A DNA stretch of 59,401 bases from a virus (taxonomy: Duplodnaviria > Caudoviricetes), in the IMG/VR virus record IMGVR_UViG_3300009168_000012, positions 1-59,401 of that record; one strand, written 5' to 3'. Position numbers and translations under genes: made by a program. Below, one piece after another: positions 1-8,645 of this stretch (its first letter is position 1; each line of letters opens with the position of its first letter). A model generated the notes under the pieces. It made no database searches and had not been told where the DNA came from. It worked only from the letters and a program-made list of their open reading frames with translations.

Positions 1-123
1 AAATTAAATGAGAAGAAATGAACAGGGATAATTTTTTTTCAATCATTGCTGCTTTTGTCCTGTTCCTTGTGTTCCTGATATTTGGCGCAATCTTAATTTT
101 TGCAGCATGATAATGTATGTGAT
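1..123. repeat. Terminal direct repeat (copy 1), identical to 59279-59401; assembly circularisation overlap
   Basis: aaattaaatgagaag...taatgtatgtgat matches at both ends; genes read through the junction. Confidence 0.97.
18..110 (+). CDS. Small hydrophobic peptide (30 aa)
   Basis: MNRDNFFSIIAAFVLFLVFLIFGAILIFAA; ATGA-coupled to both neighbours; below ORF-track cutoff. Confidence 0.5.
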   Translation: MNRDNFFSIIAAFVLFLVFLIFGAILIFAA

Positions 124-310
124 ATATAAACAACCAAGTGATTACCCAAAAAATTATGTTGTGAGAAGGTGGGTGAATGAGATTCCAGATAAGGAACCAC
201 ATGCAGTTGTTGACACTTGGGAAGAAGCAAGAAAGACCATTCCCAAAGGTAAATTCTGCATTCATGGTTTGGGCAATGAAGACCCTGTTATTATTGAAAC
301 ATGGATATAA
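107..310 (+). CDS. Hypothetical protein
   Basis: 67-aa ORF, start overlaps previous stop. Confidence 0.75.
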   Translation: MIMYVIYKQPSDYPKNYVVRRWVNEIPDKEPHAVVDTWEEARKTIPKGKFCIHGLGNEDPVIIETWI

Positions 311-314
311 AATT

Positions 315-449
315 ATGAAAGAAGATATTGAAGAACTTCAAAGAAAGATGAGAGCATTGGAATGGTTGGTTGCAGTCATTGCCATTGTTGCAATTGTTGC
401 ATTGTCTGGAATGGTCTTATTGATGGAGCATTATAAAATTCCTGAATAA
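315..449 (+). CDS. Small single-pass membrane protein, paralog of 50244-50417
   Basis: Internal ATG of ORF 177-449 after A-rich leader; LEWLVAVIAIVAIVALSGMVLLMEHY. Confidence 0.65.
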   Translation: MKEDIEELQRKMRALEWLVAVIAIVAIVALSGMVLLMEHYKIPE

Positions 450-512
450 ATAAAATTTAAATGAAAAAAGCACCTGAAAGATTCAGAGTAAAACATGAAT
501 TAAATCAAATAA

Positions 513-1103
513 ATGGTTAAAAGTCTAATAAATAAAAAGTTTGGTTATTTAACCGTTATTAAGCAAAGCAGTGAATACAGTAAAAACAGAACAGCCAAAT
601 GGGATTGTTTATGTGATTGCGGAAATATTATCACTGTTGATGGTAGTTGGTTAAATGCTGGCAGAAAAATTGATTGTGGTTGTCACCGTCTTAATGCAAG
701 TGAAAGATTTAATAAAAAAATAAATAAACAACCAAATGGTTGTTGGTTATATACAGGAGCAATCAAACCTGATGGTTATGGTGTTTTTTCTGATGAAAAC
801 AGGAAGAATGTTTATGCACACAGATTTTCATACATGATGACATTTGGTGAAATTCCAAGTGGTTTGGTGATTGACCATAAGTGCAGGAACAGAGCATGTG
901 TTAATCCTGAACATTTGGAAGCTGTCACACAATTGGAAAATTTATTGCGTGGTAAGAATGAACATTTTGTTGCTCATGTGACAAAAATTTGCAAGAGAGG
1001 TCACCCGCAAAATGAAACAACAACCACATTCAGGTGTGATGGAAGAAGGCAATGTAAAATTTGCCAAAGTATAAGAAGAGCAGCCATTAAAAAGCCATTG
1101 TGA
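513..1103 (+). CDS. HNH homing endonuclease
   Basis: N-terminal KFGYLTVI..WDCLCDCG; GCWLYTG..YAHRFSY..DHKCRNRACVNPEHL HNH core; C-terminal CKRGH..CKIC. Confidence 0.93.
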   Translation: MVKSLINKKFGYLTVIKQSSEYSKNRTAKWDCLCDCGNIITVDGSWLNAGRKIDCGCHRLNASERFNKKINKQPNGCWLYTGAIKPDGYGVFSDENRKNVYAHRFSYMMTFGEIPSGLVIDHKCRNRACVNPEHLEAVTQLENLLRGKNEHFVAHVTKICKRGHPQNETTTTFRCDGRRQCKICQSIRRAAIKKPL

Positions 1104-1300
1104 ATGATGATGAAACCATAAGGAATGAAGACATGGTTGGCAGGGTTGAACTTTATTGTTTGGATAAGCTGCTTGAATCCCAAAGGTTCCAATCAAGGGA
1201 TGAAAGGTGGTACTTGATGCAAGCATGGAAGGAGAAGCACCACCTGACACCTGACAGGGATAATGGTGATTATTATTTTTTGATTGAATTATATAATTGA
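1100..1300 (+). CDS. Hypothetical protein
   Basis: 66-aa ORF coupled to HNH stop. Confidence 0.6.
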   Translation: MNDDETIRNEDMVGRVELYCLDKLLESQRFQSRDERWYLMQAWKEKHHLTPDRDNGDYYFLIELYN

Positions 1301-1319
1301 ACAGTTGTTGCAAAGATTC

Positions 1320-1364
1320 TGTCAAAATAAATTTGGACAGTAATTTTGATTCCCATTATCTTTG
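1320..1364 (+). promoter_or_regulatory. Early promoter P1 with overlapping palindrome
   Basis: TGTCAAAATAAATTTGGACA (contains -33 TTTG) plus TATCTTTG (-7) at 1357. Confidence 0.85.
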
Positions 1365-1390
1365 TGGTTCACAAATCAAAAATTCTCACA

Positions 1391-1570
1391 ATGGCAAGGA
1401 AACTTTCAAAATCTGACCAAGCATTCATCATGAACACTGCAATGTTGCAGTATGCAGTTAATCACAATCTCAACACTGATGACTTATATGTTTATTTCAA
1501 TGAAGTCAAAAATGAATGGAGAATTGTGAGAAGAGCAGACAAAGTAATTGTTGGACGCAAAACTTTTTAA
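1391..1570 (+). CDS. Hypothetical early protein
   Basis: ATG after AAAAATTCTCACA leader. Confidence 0.75.
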   Translation: MARKLSKSDQAFIMNTAMLQYAVNHNLNTDDLYVYFNEVKNEWRIVRRADKVIVGRKTF

Positions 1571-1630
1571 TAAATCACCAAAAGTTGCAGTTGCTTAATG
1601 GGTAACTGCAACTCAATAAAACCTCTCACA

Positions 1631-1783
1631 ATGAAGAATCAAAAAGAAAAAGTTCCAATGAAGTACATGGTGTCATACACGATAAATGGAAGAACAATTG
1701 AAAAAAAGTTCATGAACCATGATGTTGCAATTGCATTCACAAAAATTGTAAATGGCAGATTTTATCACCTTACAACCAAATAA
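1631..1783 (+). CDS. Hypothetical early protein
   Basis: ATG after CTCTCACA leader. Confidence 0.65.
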   Translation: MKNQKEKVPMKYMVSYTINGRTIEKKFMNHDVAIAFTKIVNGRFYHLTTK

Positions 1784-1796
1784 AAATTCTCATATC

Positions 1797-2021
1797 ATGA
1801 CACATGCACAAATGAAAAAAGGTCTGAATGCTGAACTTAAATCAGCAGGATTCTTAAACCTTATCACTGAAGTTTCAGAGGTGGAACCAAACACCTGCTT
1901 AAGATTTTATGCACCACTGAACCATGAATTGAAGCAGTGGTTGAATAATAGATTCAAATATGGCATATTTGACACCAACACTGACCATTCCATTGTCTTC
2001 ATCAAAACACCAAAGGATTAA
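1797..2021 (+). CDS. Hypothetical early protein
   Basis: ATG after AAAAATTCTCATATC leader. Confidence 0.7.
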   Translation: MTHAQMKKGLNAELKSAGFLNLITEVSEVEPNTCLRFYAPLNHELKQWLNNRFKYGIFDTNTDHSIVFIKTPKD

Positions 2022-2285
2022 ATGTTTGGAATCACCATTGATGAAAACGGATTCAATGAACTGAAAAAGCTGTATGAAGAAGCAGTGCAGAAGAAGCAAA
2101 AAACATTCATCTTCCAAGGTCAAATCTTGGGTTTTTGTTTTTTGAACATTTGTTGCAAACATAATGTCAAAAAAGATTTGGACAGTATTGGAAGCAACCC
2201 TTATCTTTGTGGAAACAAATCAAAAAAAATTTCACATGAAAAGGACTTCTTACAATTACGGAACATTTTATTTTGGACAGGATAA
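2022..2285 (+). CDS. Hypothetical protein; 3' part runs through promoter P2, possibly truncated
   Basis: N-terminal LKKLYEEAVQKKQKTFIFQG looks protein-like; the rest translates promoter DNA. Confidence 0.45.
   Translation: MFGITIDENGFNELKKLYEEAVQKKQKTFIFQGQILGFCFLNICCKHNVKKDLDSIGSNPYLCGNKSKKISHEKDFLQLRNILFWTG
2165..2209 (+). promoter_or_regulatory. Early promoter P2
   Basis: TGTCAAAAAAGATTTGGACA...TATCTTTG. Confidence 0.85.
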
Positions 2286-2466
2286 TAAATGGCATTATTT
2301 GGTGAAGCAAATCACCCTTAAAGCAGGTGACAGTGTATTGTGTGAAAGGCATGTTTCATATTTAAAAAATAGTAATTACAAGACATTGGTTGCAGGACTT
2401 GACATGCCATTCATGACAACACAAGGGATGATTGTTGCCAAATTACAAGAACTCAACAACCAATAA
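2236..2466 (+). CDS. Hypothetical early protein
   Basis: First ATG downstream of P2. Confidence 0.7.
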   Translation: MKRTSYNYGTFYFGQDNKWHYLVKQITLKAGDSVLCERHVSYLKNSNYKTLVAGLDMPFMTTQGMIVAKLQELNNQ

Positions 2467-2534
2467 TCAATGAAGGTGTCCCAAGCAACTTGGGACACCT
2501 TAAAATCTCTCATAACCAAATAAAAATTCTCACC

Positions 2535-2951
2535 ATGTTTCTCACAAATTTCAATGAAGCAAAGTATTCCCTTATCAGTCATCTTCAGCAGAAGGGAATG
2601 ACAACTGAAGAAATGGATGACATTGTTGAATTATCCTTAAGGATGGCAAATGGATTAGTTCAGGACACCACTGTAAGAATGAACAATGAATTGCAGACAG
2701 TCACAAATTATGTTGGTGCATTCAAGTATGAACTGTCAACCCAAAAACCTGAACCTGAAACCAAAGAAGAGATTATTGCTTTTGGGCAATTCCAATATCA
2801 GGTGACTTGTCAATTGCAATTCATGACAGGTGACATTTGGATAAGAGCAAAAGCAAAGGTCAAAAAACATGAACCTTATTTAAAATCTGCATATGCTCTT
2901 CGCCACACTGCATTGCAGGTTGCAAAAACAATTTACCAAAAATCACTTTAA
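2535..2951 (+). CDS. Hypothetical early protein
   Basis: ATG after AAAAATTCTCACC leader. Confidence 0.7.
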   Translation: MFLTNFNEAKYSLISHLQQKGMTTEEMDDIVELSLRMANGLVQDTTVRMNNELQTVTNYVGAFKYELSTQKPEPETKEEIIAFGQFQYQVTCQLQFMTGDIWIRAKAKVKKHEPYLKSAYALRHTALQVAKTIYQKSL

Positions 2952-2962
2952 AAATTCTCACA

Positions 2963-3469
2963 ATGAAAAAGTTTGACAAAAAGCATGCAGAAGAGCATGT
3001 GAATAAGCTGCTGAAAAAACATAAGATAACAGTTAAAGGTTATTCCACAACAGCATGTGGAAGAGCACACAAAAAAGAAAGGTGGGTGAAGATTCCAAGA
3101 CCAACCAACATTGACAGGTTTGCAGTGTGCTTGCATGAAATATTTCACATTATCGGGAAGAATACAGGTGCAAGGTTCAAAAGGGAATTTGAATGTGATA
3201 TGTATGCAAGGCAAACCCTGATTGACCTTGGTTATGACCATGCAGAATGGGACAGAAGATTAAGGTGGCATGTGTTGAGCAGGATTGCAATGGCACACAA
3301 CAGGAAGTTGAATCATGAAAAGATTGGACAGGACATAAGAACATTCTTCAGTGACATTGACTTCAGTAAATGGGAAGGGAAGAAGGTGTTTGTTGGTCAT
3401 GCCTTTTACAAATCTTCCAACCCTGATGACATAAGGATTTATCAGGATTATAAAGTTGGAAGGCACTGA
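2963..3469 (+). CDS. HEXXH zincin-like metallopeptidase domain protein
   Basis: CLHEIFHII followed by EFECDMYA. Confidence 0.6.
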   Translation: MKKFDKKHAEEHVNKLLKKHKITVKGYSTTACGRAHKKERWVKIPRPTNIDRFAVCLHEIFHIIGKNTGARFKREFECDMYARQTLIDLGYDHAEWDRRLRWHVLSRIAMAHNRKLNHEKIGQDIRTFFSDIDFSKWEGKKVFVGHAFYKSSNPDDIRIYQDYKVGRH

Positions 3470-3488
3470 AAAAACTTTTTCAAAAAAA

Positions 3489-3531
3489 AGTCAAAATAAA
3501 TTTGGACAGTAAGAAAACCCACTTATCTTTG
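3489..3531 (+). promoter_or_regulatory. Early promoter P3
   Basis: AGTCAAAATAAATTTGGACA...TATCTTTG then TATCTCACA. Confidence 0.85.
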
Positions 3532-3580
3532 TATCTCACAAGACAGCAAAAAAATCAAGTCTGTCACAAAAATTCTCATC

Positions 3581-4456
3581 ATGAAAAGTTTAAATGAAGT
3601 TCAGAGTTTCAATGCCAACAACAGTCTTCAGAATGACAATGTGTTTGTAAATGTCGAAATGGTTAACCTTCAGCAGTTAACCGGAATCCCAACCACTTCA
3701 AGGTTCAATCAGGCAATTGTTTCTGAAGGAAAAATTGTGAATGTGGTTTCAGGCACTTATGGTCTGCTCAAAAATGAAGACCTTTTCCTTAAGGTTGAAG
3801 AAGCAATGATTGAAGCTGACATGAATTATGTCACAAGGTCAATCAACCGGAACAATGCTTCATTTGCTGTTGATTATATCCTTGATGATGAAAATTGGGA
3901 AATCAAAATCAAAGGAACTGAAGATAAGATTCAGCCAATGTTGAGATACACCAATTCTTATGATGGTGGCCCAACTTCAGGAAGGTTTGGTTTCTTCAGG
4001 AAGATTTGCACCAATGGTCTGACAATTGCCCAAACCAAAGCAGGGTTTTCAGTAAGGCACAAAAGCACTGTCACACAAGTTGTTCTTCCCAAAATTGATG
4101 AAATGGTGAAGAAATTCATGGACAATGAATTTTATTCCCTGCACCGGAAGTTCAATGTGCTTGCTGAATCAACTGTCACTGACATGAATGATTTTGTGAA
4201 AATGGTTTGCAAGGAATCTGAACTGTTCATGTATGAAGCATCAGAGAAGAACCCTGAACCAAGTGCAAATGCAAGGTATGTGTTGGACATTATCAACAAT
4301 GAAGCAAGAGCATTGGACATGCAGCCAAACATGTGGCTTGGGTACAATGCTTTCAATGAAATTCTTCACAATAAAATGAAAAGGTCATTTGTTGACCAAC
4401 AAAGGATTGACACCAAACTTTTCAACCTTGTTGTTGACATGGCAGGTGCCAACTAA
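3581..4456 (+). CDS. DUF932-family protein
   Basis: NSYDG...FFRKICTNG...HKS motifs and C-terminal MWLGYNAFNE. Confidence 0.8.
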   Translation: MKSLNEVQSFNANNSLQNDNVFVNVEMVNLQQLTGIPTTSRFNQAIVSEGKIVNVVSGTYGLLKNEDLFLKVEEAMIEADMNYVTRSINRNNASFAVDYILDDENWEIKIKGTEDKIQPMLRYTNSYDGGPTSGRFGFFRKICTNGLTIAQTKAGFSVRHKSTVTQVVLPKIDEMVKKFMDNEFYSLHRKFNVLAESTVTDMNDFVKMVCKESELFMYEASEKNPEPSANARYVLDIINNEARALDMQPNMWLGYNAFNEILHNKMKRSFVDQQRIDTKLFNLVVDMAGAN

Positions 4457-4468
4457 ACCTCACACCAC

Positions 4469-4500
4469 AACCAACCCTGAAACATGGGTTGGTTTCTTTT
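4469..4500 (+). terminator. Intrinsic terminator
   Basis: AACCAACCC/GGGTTGGTT stem followed by TCTTTT. Confidence 0.6.
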
Positions 4501-4521
4501 AACTTTTATCCAATAATTATC

Positions 4522-4749
4522 ATGAAAATCAGATACGGCAAAACACTTTTGAAGACAGCAGAAGCAACCATGCATCCAAGGAATTTCAGTTATGATTCAC
4601 ACACTGTTTCACTCCCAATCAAATGCCAACACTTCAGGATGCAGGAAATTGAAATTGACAGGGATGAAGCAGAAGCAATGATGGAAATGCTGCAAAAATT
4701 CATTGACTTTTCTGATGCAAGGAAGAAGATGCTTGCAAGAAGTTTTTGA
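4522..4749 (+). CDS. Hypothetical protein
   Basis: ATG after hairpin, within ORF 4489-4749. Confidence 0.65.
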   Translation: MKIRYGKTLLKTAEATMHPRNFSYDSHTVSLPIKCQHFRMQEIEIDRDEAEAMMEMLQKFIDFSDARKKMLARSF

Positions 4750-4790
4750 CAATAAAAATTTGGACGGAATCACAAGGAAACATATTTTTG
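4747..4790 (+). promoter_or_regulatory. Early promoter P4
   Basis: TGACAATAAAAATTTGGACG...TATTTTTG. Confidence 0.75.
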
Positions 4791-4811
4791 AAAAAATAAA
4801 AATTCTCATAA

Positions 4812-5162
4812 ATGGAAAGGCACTTAATTGATTTGATTGACAGGGTTGCAATCATAACTTATTACACTGACACAATCTTCAGCAAAGAAGTAAAAGATGA
4901 ATTTTCATTGCTGCAACAGAATTTGGTTGGAGCACATGAAAAGAAAAGGTTTAAGGAATTGAGTGATTTGCGTGGTGAATGTGTGGTGAGAATCCAAAAG
5001 ATTGAAATGGCATACACTGAAGGTGCAAGTGCAAGTGACACCTTCTTGCTTGGTGGTGATTATGAGAGAATCACAAAAGAAGTGGACAGGATTAAGAATG
5101 AAGAACGTGACCTTTTTTCACCAACCCTTGCCGATTACATGCAGGAGCAGTTGCCTTATTAA
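4812..5162 (+). CDS. Hypothetical early protein
   Basis: 116-aa ORF with TTCTCATAA leader. Confidence 0.75.
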   Translation: MERHLIDLIDRVAIITYYTDTIFSKEVKDEFSLLQQNLVGAHEKKRFKELSDLRGECVVRIQKIEMAYTEGASASDTFLLGGDYERITKEVDRIKNEERDLFSPTLADYMQEQLPY

Positions 5163-5183
5163 TTAACCTTTATCCATTAAACC

Positions 5184-5354
5184 ATGCCAAGCAGGAAGGA
5201 AGTAAAACATTGGATTTTCACTGTTATCAATGAGAAGAACAAACAGTGGGAAGAAATTAAAATCTCATCCATTGATGCTTATAATTTAGCACAAGCAAAA
5301 AGGATTGCAAGGAGAGTTGGCCCAATATTGAGTTGGCTCACCTTTTACCGATAA
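5184..5354 (+). CDS. Hypothetical protein (56 aa)
   Basis: MPSRKEVKHWIFTV...LTFYR, manually translated, fills gap. Confidence 0.55.
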   Translation: MPSRKEVKHWIFTVINEKNKQWEEIKISSIDAYNLAQAKRIARRVGPILSWLTFYR

Positions 5355-5446
5355 AAAACCCGCTTATGAATAAGCAGGTGTTCACGTTGTTTAATATTCA
5401 AGTGGGAAGAAAACCTAAAACATAATCAATAAAATTAAAAATTAAA

Positions 5447-6019
5447 ATGAATAAGCAAGAATTATCTGATAAAATTTCTGAATCATACATTGCAATCCAT
5501 GACCTTGAAAACAAGATAAGGGATGAAAAGGATAAAAGGATTGAGAAGGAATATGAACCTCTCATCATCCAAGCTGAAGCAGTAAGAAGGAAAATCACCC
5601 AAGAACTTCATGACAAATACAGGGATGAACTTTCAGCACTGAAAAATGTCAACTCAATATGGCACCACAAGCAGAATCAACTTAACATTGCTGAAGCTGA
5701 ACAAAGATGGTTGCCAAGTGGAACCATTGTGGACATTTATGAAAGGTCATACCGGGGAACCCAACCTTGGAAGAAAACCGGAATCGGGATGGTTCAGGTA
5801 TATGATGGAACACAAACAACCCTGCACCAACCAAAATACACAAGACTGAATGCAGGTGACATAATTGTCATCAAATACAGGAAGGATGGAACCCTTGGTG
5901 TCATGTATGACCTTGTGTTCAAAGGTGGCACCTTTCAGGGTGGAATGTGGTTGGCAGAAGGTGAAACACTGGAAGATAATAAATTGATGAATGGAAGAGT
6001 TTTAAAAAAATCTTATTAA
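5447..6019 (+). CDS. Hypothetical protein, N-terminal coiled coil
   Basis: 190-aa ORF with A-rich leader. Confidence 0.8.
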   Translation: MNKQELSDKISESYIAIHDLENKIRDEKDKRIEKEYEPLIIQAEAVRRKITQELHDKYRDELSALKNVNSIWHHKQNQLNIAEAEQRWLPSGTIVDIYERSYRGTQPWKKTGIGMVQVYDGTQTTLHQPKYTRLNAGDIIVIKYRKDGTLGVMYDLVFKGGTFQGGMWLAEGETLEDNKLMNGRVLKKSY

Positions 6020-6037
6020 CTTTTTAAAAAAAATATT

Positions 6038-6259
6038 ATGACCAAAAAAATCAATGCAAATGCAATTGACATTCTTCAGAACATTATGGAAGAAAGGAAC
6101 TGGCATGCATCCCTTGGAATTGACAGGAGATTAGCATGTGAATATAAACGGAACCTTCCCAAAGGAAAAGTCTCTTATGAAAAAGCATGCAAACTTCTGG
6201 AAGGTCTTGGTTTTGCAAAAATCAGGGAAGAAACATGGGAACCTTCACCTGCTTATTAA
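6038..6259 (+). CDS. Small protein, possible HTH DNA-binding
   Basis: LGIDRRLACEYKR...KVSYEKACKLLEGLG resembles a Cro/XRE pattern. Confidence 0.5.
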   Translation: MTKKINANAIDILQNIMEERNWHASLGIDRRLACEYKRNLPKGKVSYEKACKLLEGLGFAKIREETWEPSPAY

Positions 6260-6308
6260 ATAACTCTTATCCAATAAGAAGGTCATGCTGAAAAAAAACT
6301 TTGAAAAA

Positions 6309-6351
6309 TGACAAAATAAATTTGGACATGTGAAAAGGTGTCATATCTTTG
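6309..6351 (+). promoter_or_regulatory. Early promoter P5
   Basis: TGACAAAATAAATTTGGACA...TATCTTTG then TATCTCACA. Confidence 0.85.
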
Positions 6352-6388
6352 TATCTCACAATTCAGAAAAAAACTTAAAAATTCTCAC

Positions 6389-6793
6389 ATGACAACTTCA
6401 TCTTCAATCAAAGCAGCAGCAGTAAAAGCAATTCAGGCAAGAGCAAACCAAATTGTTGCAGGGTACAATTCAAAAGGCAATGCAGCCATTTGCAAAAACT
6501 CTTCAGATACACTTATCCAATTGGTAAAATCAGCCATTGCTGAAGGTGGTGTTGAAGTGGACAATTTCAGGGACACCATGAAAAGTGGTAAAAAGGTTTT
6601 GATTCAGTTTGTTGACTTCAAGTTGAATGGTCAAAAAGTGAATATCACTTTTGTAAGAACAACAGACCTTGACATTTATGGGTATCTGACCATAAAGGTT
6701 CACCCTGTTGAAGAGGTGAAACCACCTGCACCAAAGAAAGCTGCTTCATATTATCATGGTGGATATTCCTTCAGGGGAAACAGGATGCTCTAA
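6389..6793 (+). CDS. Hypothetical early protein
   Basis: ATG after AAAAATTCTCAC leader. Confidence 0.75.
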   Translation: MTTSSSIKAAAVKAIQARANQIVAGYNSKGNAAICKNSSDTLIQLVKSAIAEGGVEVDNFRDTMKSGKKVLIQFVDFKLNGQKVNITFVRTTDLDIYGYLTIKVHPVEEVKPPAPKKAASYYHGGYSFRGNRML

Positions 6794-6872
6794 ATCATCA
6801 CCAATGGCTGCAAGGAAGGTCTTGCAGCCATTATCTTTCATTAACTGACAGTTACCCAATAAAAATCAAATC

Positions 6873-7130
6873 ATGGCAACAACAGGCAACAAAACCCTTG
6901 ACAAGCTGGCAACAAAATATCTTGCCGCAATTGATGACATTTCAGATGAACGCAATCTTGGGGATGGTTTTTGGATTTACCTCAAAAAACCATTTTTCAA
7001 TGCTCACATGGAAAGCAGAATTATCCATGAACAAAAATTGAGTGATTGTATTTCAGAACTGAAAAGGTGTGTTAATAACCCAATCACTGAAGAAGAATAT
7101 TTTTCACGATTCAACCCAACAATACCATGA
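6873..7130 (+). CDS. Hypothetical protein
   Basis: 85-aa ORF, A-rich leader. Confidence 0.7.
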   Translation: MATTGNKTLDKLATKYLAAIDDISDERNLGDGFWIYLKKPFFNAHMESRIIHEQKLSDCISELKRCVNNPITEEEYFSRFNPTIP

Positions 7131-7387
7131 GCAATACTGTCTTAATTGGAACACCAAGAATCACAACACCCAACCTTGTTGGGAAGGTCATCAGGGAAAC
7201 ACCAAAAATGTTCATTGTTCTCATCACTGGAAAAGACTTCACTGCAAAATCAGGGAAAAATTTCACCCATGTCTTCAGCAAAAGTGAACAGAAATGGTTC
7301 ATGGAAAACTTCAAACCTTATGAAAAAAAGTTTTGGAAAAAGAATCACCTTGAAGTGGGTGGTGATGCATGGATTGTTTATAAATAA
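7127..7387 (+). CDS. Hypothetical protein
   Basis: 86-aa ORF, ATGA-coupled. Confidence 0.7.
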   Translation: MSNTVLIGTPRITTPNLVGKVIRETPKMFIVLITGKDFTAKSGKNFTHVFSKSEQKWFMENFKPYEKKFWKKNHLEVGGDAWIVYK

Positions 7388-7407
7388 CTCTTAACCATTA
7401 AAATTAT

Positions 7408-7523
7408 AAACAGCAACCATTCAAGGGTAAGAGAACGGATTTTTGTTGGGAAGTTTGACGTTCCACTCCACCTGCTTGTTCAGGTAAAACAACAAAAAAG
7501 GAATTGAAGGTTGCTGTTTTTTT
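7408..7523 (+). ncRNA. Candidate structured RNA (multi-stem, possible pseudoknot)
   Basis: Outer AAACAGCAACC.TTCAA/TTGAAGGTTGCTGTTT; inner TTTTTGTTG/CAACAAAAA; ACCTG/CAGGT; GAACG/CGTTC cross-pair. Confidence 0.5.
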
Positions 7524-7572
7524 AACCAATAAAACCATGAACAACTTCACCATTTTTACCATTCAAATCAAT

Positions 7573-7707
7573 ATGAACCTGAATGAGATTAAAGAAGCAT
7601 ACAGGAAATATTATGGATATTCAAAAAAAGAAAAAGTCACCAAGCAAGATTTGTCTTCATGGCTTGGAGCATTGGCACAAGCTGATGTTGAAGCAACATT
7701 ATATTAA
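7573..7707 (+). CDS. Hypothetical protein (start uncertain)
   Basis: MNLNEIKEAYRKYYG... within ORF 7504-7707. Confidence 0.5.
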   Translation: MNLNEIKEAYRKYYGYSKKEKVTKQDLSSWLGALAQADVEATLY

Positions 7708-7726
7708 CCAAATAAAATCAAATATC

Positions 7727-8041
7727 ATGGCCAATTCAAGAACACTGGACAATCTCAATGAAGCAAAAAGATTGCTTGCCTTATGTGAAACAGTCTTCAA
7801 CTTAATCCCAATCACCAAACTCCCAAAAGGCAAACTCAATGACACTGCTTCACTTGCCAAGGCAATCAATGTGTTCCTCAATACACCTTCACCACCTCAC
7901 AAATTCCAGTGGGAAACAGAAGGAGAATACAGGAAAAGAATTTATGCTGAAGCAATGGCAAAACTCAAAAGCAAGGATGAAAAATTAAGATTGGATGGTG
8001 AAAAACAACTTGCAGCAATAAAATCAAAACAACAACCATGA
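7727..8041 (+). CDS. Hypothetical protein
   Basis: ATG after ACCAAATAAAATCAAATATC leader. Confidence 0.7.
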   Translation: MANSRTLDNLNEAKRLLALCETVFNLIPITKLPKGKLNDTASLAKAINVFLNTPSPPHKFQWETEGEYRKRIYAEAMAKLKSKDEKLRLDGEKQLAAIKSKQQP

Positions 8042-8247
8042 ACAATAAATACAGTTGGGAAGCAACAGGAAATAAAAAAATGCCTTATGTTGTCACCTTC
8101 AGGCAAAATTCAATGACTTCAACAGGTGTCCAACTCAATTCAGGTGTCATCATTGCAATAACCGATTCAGCAGAAAAAGCACAATTCATTGCAACTGCTT
8201 GCAACAAATTTGAAACAGAACAAATCCAATCCCATGAAAAAAATTGA
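8038..8247 (+). CDS. Hypothetical protein
   Basis: 69-aa coupled ORF. Confidence 0.7.
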   Translation: MNNKYSWEATGNKKMPYVVTFRQNSMTSTGVQLNSGVIIAITDSAEKAQFIATACNKFETEQIQSHEKN

Positions 8248-8437
8248 CCTTCTTAAATTGGCTGCACTCATAAGATATTCTGACAGGTATGAAATATCAA
8301 TACAGTTTTGGCCAACACAAACCACTGTCTTCATCAACAAGGATGGTGTTGAACTTGCTTCCTTTGGTGGAGATTTGCCCAACTTTGCAGTCAACACTGC
8401 AATTGCTTACCTTGACAGCATAACAAGAAAAAAATAA
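8234..8437 (+). CDS. Hypothetical protein
   Basis: MKKIDLLK... overlapping previous stop. Confidence 0.65.
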   Translation: MKKIDLLKLAALIRYSDRYEISIQFWPTQTTVFINKDGVELASFGGDLPNFAVNTAIAYLDSITRKK

Positions 8438-8453
8438 AGTCAAAATAAAAATC

Positions 8454-8639
8454 ATGAAAAAAATCAGGTGTGAAAAATGCAATGAAGTCCTGAATCCAAA
8501 AAAGGTTGTTTATTTGGAATTGTCAAACACTGATGGAAAATATTATGAAACAATCCCTGAAGGTCATGTCTCTCAAGGTGAATTCCCATTTGGGAAAACT
8601 TGTGCTGAAAAAGTCAAGTCAAAAGAAAAATCATATTGA
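8454..8639 (+). CDS. Small Cys-containing (zinc-ribbon-like) protein
   Basis: CEKC...FPFGKTCA. Confidence 0.65.
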   Translation: MKKIRCEKCNEVLNPKKVVYLELSNTDGKYYETIPEGHVSQGEFPFGKTCAEKVKSKEKSY

Positions 8640-8645
8640 ATTATT

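Noticed and set aside
1-123. Terminal repeat as physical genome DTR
   Set aside because: It falls mid-operon, far from terS, and its length fits an assembler k-mer overlap
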